A stretch of DNA of 64,000 bases, from positions 1,377 to 65,376 of the forward strand of contig CAZASH010000003.1 of assembly GCA_964487775.1 (NCBI GenBank). Reading direction: 5' to 3'. The notes beneath the pieces are model-generated. The model did no database searches, was not told the origin of the DNA, and saw only the letters and a list, made by a program, of their open reading frames with translations. A program made the translations under genes and the position numbers. Positions 8,557 through 16,934 of the stretch are shown here, in pieces (positions within the stretch are counted from its first letter, which is position 1; the number at the start of each line of letters is the position of its first letter). Source of the DNA: an uncultured Ruminococcus sp. (lineage in GTDB: Bacteria; Bacillota; Clostridia; Oscillospirales; CAG-382).

Positions 8557-9051
8557 ATGAATCGCTTGAACATCGTTTTGCACGAGCCCGAAATACCACA
8601 GAACACAGGCAACATCTCACGGACCTGCGCCGTCACGGGTGCTTCTCTGCATTTGATAAGGCCACTCGGGTTTGAGATAACAGACCGCAACCTGAAGCGT
8701 GCAGGGCTTGACTATTGGCAATACCTCGACATACATTACTATGACAGCATACAGGAATTTTTTGATAAAAACAGCGAAGGCAAATATTTTTATTTCACCA
8801 CCAAGGCCCGCAGAAGATACACCGATGTCACATACGACGGCAAGGTATATCTCATTTTCGGCAAAGAAACAAAGGGCTTGCCTGAGCCTTTGCTGCTCGA
8901 ACACGAGGAGCGCTGTGTGAGAATACCCATGCAGGGCTCACTGCGCAGCCTCAACCTCTCAAATTCTGTCGCAATAGCGGTCTACGAAGCGTTGAGACAG
9001 GCGGATTTTGAGGGCATGAACACGGCGGGCACGCTGTTTGAGGAGGCTTGA
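8557..9051 (+). CDS. trmL: tRNA (cytidine/uridine 34-2'-O)-methyltransferase, SPOUT family
   Basis: NIVLHEPEIPQNTGNI, RAGLDYW, LIFGKETKGLP, RIPM..RSLNLSNS. Confidence 0.93.
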   Translation: MNRLNIVLHEPEIPQNTGNISRTCAVTGASLHLIRPLGFEITDRNLKRAGLDYWQYLDIHYYDSIQEFFDKNSEGKYFYFTTKARRRYTDVTYDGKVYLIFGKETKGLPEPLLLEHEERCVRIPMQGSLRSLNLSNSVAIAVYEALRQADFEGMNTAGTLFEEA

Positions 9052-9054
9052 CAA

Positions 9055-10419
9055 GTGTATTTGACTGATACGATAGCCGCGATCTCGACACCGCACGGCA
9101 AGGGCGGCGTTGCGCTCATACGCATTTCGGGTGAAAAAGCGCTCGAAATAGCAGGCAGGGTCTTTGTTCCGTTCGGCGCAAAGTCTTTAGAGAGTGCTCC
9201 ACGCACTCAGGTATACGGCGCTTTCACGGCAGACGACGGCGAATTTGATGACGGACTTGCGTGCTATTTCAAGGCTCCGGGCAGCTTCACGGGTGAGGAT
9301 GTCGTCGAGCTGTGCTGTCACGGCGGCGTTTATTGCACTCAAAAGCTGCTTAGCGCTTGCCTTGCGGCAGGCGCAAGATACGCCATGGCGGGCGAATTTA
9401 CAAAAAGAGCGTTCACAAACGGCAAGCTTACGCTGACAGAGGCAGAAGCGATAGGCAATATCATAGATGCACGCACAGATGCAGGACTCAAGGTCTCGCT
9501 TTTGCAATCTCGCGGCAGGCTGTCGCAAAGCTTAAAGAAAATATACGACGACCTGTCACTGACGGCGGCTTCGGCATATGCATACATCGATTATCCCACC
9601 GAGGATCTTACAGAATTGACCTCAGAGCAAATGCTGCAAAAGCTGCATTCCGCACGTGACACGCTTTCAAAGCTTTGCTCGACGCACAAATACGGGCTCG
9701 CCATCAGCGAGGGCATCAAGACCGCTATCGTCGGCAAGCCGAATGTCGGCAAAAGCTCGATTTTAAACAGGCTTTCGGGCGAGGACAGAGCGATAGTTAC
9801 GCCTATCGCAGGCACTACGCGCGATGTTGTCACCGCATCAGTCAGGGTCGGTGACGTCATTCTCGAGCTTTCTGACACAGCAGGCATACGCGATAGTGAC
9901 GATATTATCGAGGCTATAGGTGTCAAAAAGAGCATCGAGGCCATAAAAAACGCCGAGCTGATACTTGCGGTGTTCGATGCCGAGGCAGGCATCACAGAGC
10001 AGGACAAAGAGATAATAGACTATATCGCTTCGGCAGGCATGAATTCAAGTGTCATTGCGATCATAAACAAAAGCGACATAGCGACAGCCGATATCAAATT
10101 GCCGTTCGAGCGCATGATAAGCTATTCGGCGATCACCGGCGAGGGCGAAGCACTCCTCGAGAACGCAATATACGACTTTGTCGGTGCGCATGACATAAAC
10201 GGCGGCGATATCATTCTCGGCGCACGCCAATACGCTGCGGCAAAAAATGCACTGAGCGAGATAAACGAAGCGATCAATGCGCTTTGCGACGGCTTTACCA
10301 CCGACATCGCGCTGATGAACATCGAGAGCGCGATGCAGTATCTGGGCGAGATGGACGGTCGTGAGGTGTCGCAAAAAATAGTTGACGATATTTTCAGCCA
10401 CTTTTGTGTAGGAAAATAA
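9055..10419 (+). CDS. mnmE: tRNA U34 modification GTPase MnmE
   Basis: DTIAAIST, PGSFTGED, GKPNVGKSS, GTTRD, DTAG, NKSD, C-terminal FCVGK. Confidence 0.97.
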   Translation: MYLTDTIAAISTPHGKGGVALIRISGEKALEIAGRVFVPFGAKSLESAPRTQVYGAFTADDGEFDDGLACYFKAPGSFTGEDVVELCCHGGVYCTQKLLSACLAAGARYAMAGEFTKRAFTNGKLTLTEAEAIGNIIDARTDAGLKVSLLQSRGRLSQSLKKIYDDLSLTAASAYAYIDYPTEDLTELTSEQMLQKLHSARDTLSKLCSTHKYGLAISEGIKTAIVGKPNVGKSSILNRLSGEDRAIVTPIAGTTRDVVTASVRVGDVILELSDTAGIRDSDDIIEAIGVKKSIEAIKNAELILAVFDAEAGITEQDKEIIDYIASAGMNSSVIAIINKSDIATADIKLPFERMISYSAITGEGEALLENAIYDFVGAHDINGGDIILGARQYAAAKNALSEINEAINALCDGFTTDIALMNIESAMQYLGEMDGREVSQKIVDDIFSHFCVGK

Positions 10420-10432
10420 CAAGGGGATTTTT

Positions 10433-12310
10433 ATGCAGAAATATTATTCAGGATATTTCGATACTGCAATTATAGGTGCGGGACACGCAGGCATCGAGGC
10501 GGCTCTTGCCTCGGCAAGGCTTGGTGCGAGCACGGCGCTTTTTACACTTTCGCTCGACCTCGTCGGCAATATGCCCTGCAACCCTGCCATAGGCGGCACG
10601 GCAAAGGGGCATCTCGTGTTTGAGATCGACGCGCTGGGCGGCGAGATGGGCAAGGCGGCAGACAAGGTCATGCTGCAGAGCCGTATGCTCAATATGTCAA
10701 AGGGACCTGCCGTCAGGTCGCTAAGAATGCAATCCGACCGCAGGGCTTATTCGGCTTATATGAAGCAGGTCATCGAGAACACAGAGAATCTCACCTTGAT
10801 ACAGGCAGAAATAACCGACATAGCTGTCGAGAACGGCGCTGTTTGCACTGTCACGACCGCATTCGGTGCCGAATATAACGTAAAAAGCGTCATTATAGCG
10901 ACAGGCACGTCACTCGGCGGCAGGATAATAGTCGGCGAAGCATCATACGAATCAGGTCCCGACAACACTCGTGCCGCAAAGACGCTCGTGCAGAGCCTTA
11001 TTGCAAACGGTGTCAGCCTGCGCAGGTTCAAGACGGGCACTCCGCCCAGGATACACGCCGACAGCATAGATTATTCTGTGCTCGAAAAGCAGGAGGGCGA
11101 CGAGCTTACAACAGTTTTTTCGTCTGACGAGCACCCAAAAAACAAATGCTGCTGCTATATCACCTACACCAACGCCGAAACTCACAGGATCATACGCGAG
11201 AACCTGCACCGCAGTCCGCTTTTTTCGGGCGAGATCAAGGGCACAGGCCCGAGATACTGCCCGAGCATAGAGGACAAGGTCACAAGGTTTGCGGACAAAG
11301 AGCGACATCAGCTTTTTATTGAGCCTATGGGCGACGACACCAAAGAAATGTACATACAGGGGCTTTCGTCGTCACTGCCCGAGGAGGTGCAAAGGCAGAT
11401 AGTCCACAGCATCAAAGGGCTTGAAAACGCCGTGATAATGCGCACCGCATACGCGATCGAATACGACTGCTGCGACCCGCTGCAATTAAAGCCGACGCTT
11501 GAATTCAAAGCGATATCGGGGCTTTTCGGAGCAGGTCAGTTCAACGGCAGCTCGGGCTATGAAGAGGCGGCGGCGCAAGGACTTATCGCAGGCATAAACG
11601 CAGGTCTCAGAGCCAAAAACGGCGGCGAATTTGTTTTGAAGCGCGACGAAAGCTATATCGGCACGCTCATCGACGACCTCGTCACCAAGGGCACGAGCGA
11701 GCCATACAGAATGATGACCTCACGCAGCGAATACAGGCTTTTGCTCAGGCAGGACAACGCGCGCAAAAGGCTCACGCCAAAGGCAAGGCGCATCGGGCTG
11801 ATACGAGACGAGCAATATTATAAATACATGCTCGACGAAGCGATACTCGCTCACGAGATAAGCAGGCTTTTTGCAGAGAGCATACCGCTCTCGCAGGGCT
11901 TAAACGACCTGCTCGTTTCGCACGGCTTTGACAAGGTCGACGGCGGAATGCGCAAGTCCGAGCTACTGCGCAGACCGGGCATAAGCATATTTGAAATATA
12001 TGCGCTCGACAGCACGTTAAATATCCCCTACAGCATCGCCTGCCGTGCAGAAACCGAAATAAAATACGAGGGCTATATCAAAAAGCAGCTTGCGGCGGCA
12101 GAGAGATTCAACGAGCTCGAAAAAAAGCTGATACCGACATCTGTCGATTACACAAAAATAGGCGGTCTGCGCATCGAAGCTGTTCAAAAGCTTTCAGCGC
12201 AGAGACCTGCCAGCATAGGTGCGGCGTCGAGGATCTCGGGTGTCAGCCCTGCCGATATTTCGGTGCTTTTGGTATATCTCGCAAAGGACGGAGGCAAAAA
12301 CAATGAATAA
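10433..12310 (+). CDS. mnmG: tRNA U34 modification FAD enzyme MnmG (GidA)
   Basis: IIGAGHAGIEAA, MPCNPAIGG, GPRYCPSIEDK, GYEEAAAQG, EPYRMMTSRSEYRL. Confidence 0.98.
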   Translation: MQKYYSGYFDTAIIGAGHAGIEAALASARLGASTALFTLSLDLVGNMPCNPAIGGTAKGHLVFEIDALGGEMGKAADKVMLQSRMLNMSKGPAVRSLRMQSDRRAYSAYMKQVIENTENLTLIQAEITDIAVENGAVCTVTTAFGAEYNVKSVIIATGTSLGGRIIVGEASYESGPDNTRAAKTLVQSLIANGVSLRRFKTGTPPRIHADSIDYSVLEKQEGDELTTVFSSDEHPKNKCCCYITYTNAETHRIIRENLHRSPLFSGEIKGTGPRYCPSIEDKVTRFADKERHQLFIEPMGDDTKEMYIQGLSSSLPEEVQRQIVHSIKGLENAVIMRTAYAIEYDCCDPLQLKPTLEFKAISGLFGAGQFNGSSGYEEAAAQGLIAGINAGLRAKNGGEFVLKRDESYIGTLIDDLVTKGTSEPYRMMTSRSEYRLLLRQDNARKRLTPKARRIGLIRDEQYYKYMLDEAILAHEISRLFAESIPLSQGLNDLLVSHGFDKVDGGMRKSELLRRPGISIFEIYALDSTLNIPYSIACRAETEIKYEGYIKKQLAAAERFNELEKKLIPTSVDYTKIGGLRIEAVQKLSAQRPASIGAASRISGVSPADISVLLVYLAKDGGKNNE

Positions 12311-13004
12311 CGCTGTCAGAATATTGCAGCAGCACATGACATCACTACCGGAGAGAGACCTGTGCAGGCTCTCGGTCATATGCGACAGGCTCGACGAAAT
12401 GAACGGCGTGCTCAACCTTACTGCGCTCAAAACGCCGGAGGACATTGCAATGCTGCACCTCTATGACTCTCTGACGCTTATGACGACAGGACTGTTTCAA
12501 GAGGGCAAAAAAGTCATCGACATAGGCTGCGGTGGCGGTTTTCCCGCACTGCCCATAGCCTCGTGTACCGATTGCAACGTCACCGCCAACGATGCCACGG
12601 CAAAAAAGCTCGCTTTCGTCGCAGACACCGCAAAAGCGGCAGGCGTTTCGATAAGCACGCTTTGTGGCAGAGCCGAAGAGCTGACACAACAGACAGAATA
12701 CCGCGAGCAATTCGACATCGCGGTTTCCAGAGGCGTGGCACGGCTCAACGTGCTTTGCGAATGGTGTATGCCATTCGTCAAAAAGGGCGGCTATTTCATA
12801 GCTATGAAAGGTCCCGGCGGCATCGATGAATACGAAGAAGCCAAAAACGGCATAAAAATACTCGGCGGCACCGATGCAGAGATAATCAAATGTCCTATTC
12901 CCACGACAGAGCGAGTTCACACGCTTATAGTGATAAAAAAGGTCTGCCCCACCCCACCCCAATATCCGAGGCAGAATTCCAAGATAAAAAAGAAGCCGCT
13001 GTGA
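12303..13004 (+). CDS. rsmG: 16S rRNA m7G methyltransferase RsmG (GidB)
   Basis: NLTA, HLYDSL, DIGCGGGFPALP, GRAEE, SRGVA, AMKG, YPR..IKKKPL; follows mnmG. Confidence 0.95.
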   Translation: MNNAVRILQQHMTSLPERDLCRLSVICDRLDEMNGVLNLTALKTPEDIAMLHLYDSLTLMTTGLFQEGKKVIDIGCGGGFPALPIASCTDCNVTANDATAKKLAFVADTAKAAGVSISTLCGRAEELTQQTEYREQFDIAVSRGVARLNVLCEWCMPFVKKGGYFIAMKGPGGIDEYEEAKNGIKILGGTDAEIIKCPIPTTERVHTLIVIKKVCPTPPQYPRQNSKIKKKPL

Positions 13005-13027
13005 TGCGGCAAAAGGAGCGATTAATA

Positions 13028-13645
13028 ATGGAGCTTAGAGACAGAAACGGCTTGACAGAGGCAGAATTTCTGGCGCAATACGATGCGTCGAAGTTCGAGC
13101 GCCCGTCTGTCACGGTCGATATTATTCTTACCTACAAGGGCAAGCTTTTGCTCATCAAGCGAGGCGGACATCCTGCACTCGGCAAATATGCGATGCCCGG
13201 CGGCTTTGTTGAAATGACCGAAACGGTCGAGCACGCCGCAGTCAGAGAGCTTACCGAAGAGACAGGCATCTCGTCTGTCGCTGTCAGACAGCTCAGGGTC
13301 TGGTCGCAGCCCGACCGTGACCCCCGCACGAGGATCATTACCGTAGCGTTTGCCGCAACATTTATAGGCGACGTTCAGGCGGCACACGCAGGCGACGACG
13401 CCGACGATGCAGGCTGGTTTGAATACAGCATCACACGTCACGACGAGACCCAAACCGAGACCGAAAGACAGCAGATAATCGACATTTCGCTCAAATGCGG
13501 CGAAAAAGAGATAAATTATTCTGTGCTAAAGTCAACCCCGATAATGCCGTTCGAGTGCGACAGCACTTATAAATTCCTGACAGATTGCCAGCTCGCAGGC
13601 GACCACGGACTCATTATCGCCGATGCGCTTGACAGGCAAAAATAG
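13028..13645 (+). CDS. Nudix hydrolase (ADP-ribose pyrophosphatase/NrtR-like Nudix domain without wHTH)
   Basis: GLTEAEFL..YD...ERPSVTVD; intact Nudix box GFVEMTETVEHAAVRELTEETGI; PDRDPRTR; AGDDA; AAGGAG RBS before 13028. Confidence 0.88.
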   Translation: MELRDRNGLTEAEFLAQYDASKFERPSVTVDIILTYKGKLLLIKRGGHPALGKYAMPGGFVEMTETVEHAAVRELTEETGISSVAVRQLRVWSQPDRDPRTRIITVAFAATFIGDVQAAHAGDDADDAGWFEYSITRHDETQTETERQQIIDISLKCGEKEINYSVLKSTPIMPFECDSTYKFLTDCQLAGDHGLIIADALDRQK

Positions 13646-13648
13646 TTG

Positions 13649-13677
13649 TTGACAAAGCCGCATGTTTGTTGTATAAT
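13649..13677 (+). promoter_or_regulatory. Consensus sigmaA promoter of tRNA-Gln
   Basis: TTGACA (13649), 17 bp, TATAAT (13672), 11 nt upstream of the tRNA. Confidence 0.9.
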
Positions 13678-13688
13678 ATGCGGTACGT

Positions 13689-13761
13689 AGGGATGTAGCC
13701 AAGTGGTTAAGGCAACGGACTTTGACTCCGTCACTCGCTGGTTCAAATCCAGCTATCCCTG
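13689..13761 (+). tRNA. tRNA-Gln (anticodon UUG), CCA not encoded
   Basis: Acceptor AGGGATG/TATCCCT, D arm GCC-AAGTGGTTAA-GGC, anticodon arm ACGGA-CTTTGAC-TCCGT, T arm GCTGG-TTCAAAT-CCAGC. Confidence 0.96.
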
Positions 13762-13763
13762 TT

Positions 13764-13794
13764 AAAAAAGCGCCGACAGGATCGGCGCTTTTTT
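13764..13794 (+). terminator. tRNA terminator
   Basis: AAAAAAGCGCCGA-cagga-TCGGCGCTTTTTT. Confidence 0.85.
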
Positions 13795-14056
13795 AAGTTA
13801 AGCGTGCCTTGCGGCACGTGAAGTGCATTTTCGGTGCGTGAAGTGATGCTTTGCATCGTGAAGTGTCTGTGGGCGTGAGTGGCACGCTTTGCTTCACGTC
13901 GTGCGCAGCGCGATGCTTCACGGCGGCTTTGCCGCTGCTTCACTTGGCGAAGCCAAGCTTCACTGATCATTTGCACGCTTAGGCGTGCTTTTTTAAGTTA
14001 AGCGTGCCTTGCGGCACGTGAAGTGCACCTTCGGTGCGTGAGGTGATGCTTTGCAT
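13787..14056. repeat. Array of GTGAAG/CTTCAC-tagged mini-hairpins (REP/BIME-like); 70 bp direct repeat at 200 bp period
   Basis: 13787-13856 and 13987-14056 match at 67/70; GTGAAG at 13818, 13838, 13858, 14018; CTTCAC at 13892, 13916, 13938, 13958; short palindromes between the tags. Confidence 0.9.
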
Positions 14057-14138
14057 TTCAAGGCAATTATACGATGCAATCGTATTTTTGCCTAAGCATT
14101 ATAGTGCGCTTTTAATTTCCCGTGTCATCATTCACAGC

Positions 14139-14178
14139 AAAAAAGCTGCCCTCGGTCGCTCCGAAGGCAGCTGTTTTT
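14139..14178 (-). terminator. Terminator of the cohesin-dockerin gene (possibly bidirectional)
   Basis: AAAAAAGCTGCCctcgg-tcgct-ccgaaGGCAGCtgTTTTT. Confidence 0.75.
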
Positions 14179-14190
14179 ATTACAATGTCG

Positions 14191-15171
14191 TTATGGCAGA
14201 AGGGCTGATATACCCTGGATATATCTCTTGATGCGCGTATAGTCAGAAACACGTATGCTGTCACGCATAGAAACATGCGCCGCTTTTTCAAACGCGCCCT
14301 CGATGGTTAGGGTGTTTTGCAGGACTCGCTTGACGATGGTATAATCGGCAACGCTTATCTTGCCGTCGCCGTTGACGTCGCCATAAAGCACGACGGTATA
14401 CCTGCTGCCGAGCGCAGTGACTATCTGGTTTGTGGCTATGGCGTCAGTCTCTTTGACCGCAGCGCCTGTGCTCTTGGTGACCTCGATGTCACAGGTGAAG
14501 TATGCACGCAGGTCCTTGATCTTGGCGTTCTGCTCTTTGACATAGATATATCCGCCGTCGATAACGGCAGGCTTGCCCTCGACGACCTCGAACACCGCCT
14601 GCTCGACTGCCGCCTTGCAAGAGCCGCCCGTGCCGTACAAAACTCCGCGCATATCAAAATCATACGCCTGAATGCTGTCATTCGGAACGACGAAAGACAC
14701 ATCCTCATATTCGCCGCGCAAAAGCTTGAACTGCACGTCAATTCTTATTGAGCCGTCATCCTTGGCGGTGGCGTTGCTGTCGGTGAGTGCCGAAAGCTCA
14801 TAATATCCGTCGCACAGCTTGCCGAAGCACTCCCATTTTGTGCTGTCGGGCGAAACGGCGAGCATTGCACTAAAATTCTCATTGAGGTTGCCGTCGTTTT
14901 TTATCAAGGGCTCGGCCTTCGTCTTGTCATACCAGAGCTTGAAAGAAACAAAGCTGAGTCCCTTGGCAGGAATTATATTGCTGACGGTGACAGAAACAGT
15001 GACTGTCTGCCCTGCATAATAAGACTCCTTGTCAGTCGTGACATTCAGGCTAAAAACAGGGTCGAGTGGAGCATCGCCGACCTCGGGCAAAGCAAGAGCC
15101 GAAAGCGAAAAAGCATATATAAGCACGAGCAAGATGCATAAAATATTCTGTATCCTTGTTTTTTTAGTCAT
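14191..15171 (-). CDS. Secreted protein with N-terminal cohesin-like domain and C-terminal dockerin
   Basis: Signal peptide ending ALA; cohesin-like GQTVTVSVTV..GLSFVSFKLWYD; dockerin YGDVNGDGKISVADYTIVKR plus degenerate second repeat AAHVSMRDSIRVSDYTRIKRYI. Confidence 0.75.
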   Translation of the reverse strand: MTKKTRIQNILCILLVLIYAFSLSALALPEVGDAPLDPVFSLNVTTDKESYYAGQTVTVSVTVSNIIPAKGLSFVSFKLWYDKTKAEPLIKNDGNLNENFSAMLAVSPDSTKWECFGKLCDGYYELSALTDSNATAKDDGSIRIDVQFKLLRGEYEDVSFVVPNDSIQAYDFDMRGVLYGTGGSCKAAVEQAVFEVVEGKPAVIDGGYIYVKEQNAKIKDLRAYFTCDIEVTKSTGAAVKETDAIATNQIVTALGSRYTVVLYGDVNGDGKISVADYTIVKRVLQNTLTIEGAFEKAAHVSMRDSIRVSDYTRIKRYIQGISALLP

Positions 15172-15212
15172 ATCGATCTCCTCGGCGGATGAAAAATGTC
15201 GTCGTTTGTCTT

Positions 15213-15241
15213 ATTTTAGCATGACTGCGCCGTGCTGTCAA
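15213..15241 (-). promoter_or_regulatory. Near-consensus sigmaA promoter of the cohesin-dockerin gene
   Basis: Minus strand: TTGACA, 17 bp, TG-n-TAAAAT. Confidence 0.75.
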
Positions 15242-15364
15242 TAGACAAAAAACGGGCTTAAAGCCTTGCTGAGATAAAAAATTTGCGTCGGTTATTGTTT
15301 TTTCACGAGGTTTATAGTATAATATAATAGAGTTATTGTATAAGAGCATAAGGAGATGTTTTTG

Positions 15365-16222
15365 ATGCGCTATCTTTACGATCTTGATATGTCAAATTAT
15401 TGCACCATGCGCGTCGGTGGCAAGGCAAAGCTTGCCTGCTTTCCGACAAACAAGGGCGAGCTCGCAGAGGCGATAGATCATTGCCTCGCCGACGCTATAC
15501 CCTACACCGTCATAGGCAACGGCTCTAACATAATTGTTGCCGATTCGGGCTATGACGGCTGCATCATATTTACAACAGGCATGGCAGAATTTAAATTTGA
15601 CGGCACTACGCTGACTGCATACGCAGGCGCATCTCTGAGCGCTGTTTCGAACGAAGCAATGAAGCTTGGCTTGTCAGGGCTTGAATTTGCATACGGCATT
15701 CCCGGCACTGTCGGCGGAGCGGTATTCATGAACGCAGGCGCATACGGCGGCGAGATCTCTGACGTTTTTAAATCGTGCAGCTGCTATAACGACAAGGGCA
15801 GGCGCATAGACCTTCAAAAGGAAGATATGGGTTTTGCATACCGTTACAGCGCACTTCAAAAGAATAATTGCACGCTGATATTGGCAGAATTTGAGCTTTG
15901 TCACGGCGACAAAGATCAGATCAAAAACATCATGGATACAAATATGCAGGCACGCAAGACAAAGCAGCCGCTCGACCTGCCGTCATGCGGCAGTGCATTC
16001 AAGCGCCCGACAGGACACTATGCCGCCGCACTTATCGAAGAAGCAGGCTTAAAGGGCTTTGCGATCGGCGGAGCGCAGGTCTCGACAAAGCATTCGGGCT
16101 TTATAGTCAACACAGGCAACGCCACGGCGAGCGATGTTTTTTGGCTCACTATGGCTGTGCGTGACCATGTCTATACACACAGCGGCGTCGAGCTCGAGCC
16201 TGAGATAAGGTTTATCGGGTGA
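15365..16222 (+). CDS. murB: UDP-N-acetylmuramate dehydrogenase
   Basis: TMRVGG, GNGSNI, GLEFAYGIPGTVGGAVFMNAGAYGGE, KQPLDLPSCGSAFKRP, STKHSGFIVN, LEPEI; start at 15362 or 15365 given the AAGGAG RBS. Confidence 0.96.
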   Translation: MRYLYDLDMSNYCTMRVGGKAKLACFPTNKGELAEAIDHCLADAIPYTVIGNGSNIIVADSGYDGCIIFTTGMAEFKFDGTTLTAYAGASLSAVSNEAMKLGLSGLEFAYGIPGTVGGAVFMNAGAYGGEISDVFKSCSCYNDKGRRIDLQKEDMGFAYRYSALQKNNCTLILAEFELCHGDKDQIKNIMDTNMQARKTKQPLDLPSCGSAFKRPTGHYAAALIEEAGLKGFAIGGAQVSTKHSGFIVNTGNATASDVFWLTMAVRDHVYTHSGVELEPEIRFIG

Positions 16223-16225
16223 GAT

Positions 16226-16897
16226 ATGTCGTTTTGCAATGAATTAAAGCAGCATCTGCTTTCTGAAGCGCCGACCTCGGAGTGCTGCCTCAATGCCTTT
16301 GAGTGCGGCAGGAACGCAGTGCCGTACCAGCCTGTCTGCGACAAATGCGACAGGGCTTATCTCAGAGCGCTTTTTGCGTACCATGGATATATTTCAGAGC
16401 CTTCAAAGCGCTGTGAGCTCGTTTTGAGGGTCGACGGCGACAACGCATACTTCGTTGCGGGAATGCTCGCCGACTGCGGAGTTCCGCCCTCCTTCGGCAA
16501 GCGGAACGGCAAAACTATTTTATATTACAAAAAGCGCGAGTCGCTCGAGGATTTTGTCACACTGCTTGGTGCGGCAAAATTTGCTGTCACGCTCAAGGAA
16601 GAGGCCGTCATTCAAGAGATACGCTGCTCTGTCAACCGCACAGGCAACGCACTCACCGCCAACATCAACCGCTCATCAAAGGCGTGTGCCGAGCAGCTCA
16701 ACGCAATAAACAGGCTCATCGAAGCAAAAGAATATCAAAAATTGCCGCCAGAGCTGCGTGAGGCGGCTGACATAAGGCTCGAGCACCCTGCCGAAAGCCT
16801 CGAGCAGCTACGTGTGTATTTTTCAGCACCTATCTCAAAATCGGGCATCAAGCACAGATTCGAGCGCATAATCGATATTGCCGACAACTTAAGCTGA
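16226..16897 (+). CDS. whiA: DNA-binding protein WhiA, shortened
   Basis: MSFCNELK start, RAYLRALF..GYISEP, C-terminal HTH LPPELREAADIRLEHP..SLEQL..ISKSGIKHRF; 223 aa. Confidence 0.82.
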   Translation: MSFCNELKQHLLSEAPTSECCLNAFECGRNAVPYQPVCDKCDRAYLRALFAYHGYISEPSKRCELVLRVDGDNAYFVAGMLADCGVPPSFGKRNGKTILYYKKRESLEDFVTLLGAAKFAVTLKEEAVIQEIRCSVNRTGNALTANINRSSKACAEQLNAINRLIEAKEYQKLPPELREAADIRLEHPAESLEQLRVYFSAPISKSGIKHRFERIIDIADNLS

Positions 16898-16934
16898 GCA
16901 AGCATTTATTAACAATCGAAAGGACACAGAAAAA

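Noticed and set aside
13787-14056. CRISPR array
   Set aside because: Constant parts are only 6-7 bp, the variable parts are 10-17 bp palindromes, orientation flips mid-array, and no cas gene is present.
13689-15171. Genomic island integrated at tRNA-Gln
   Set aside because: No integrase, and I saw no duplicated tRNA 3' end elsewhere in the window.
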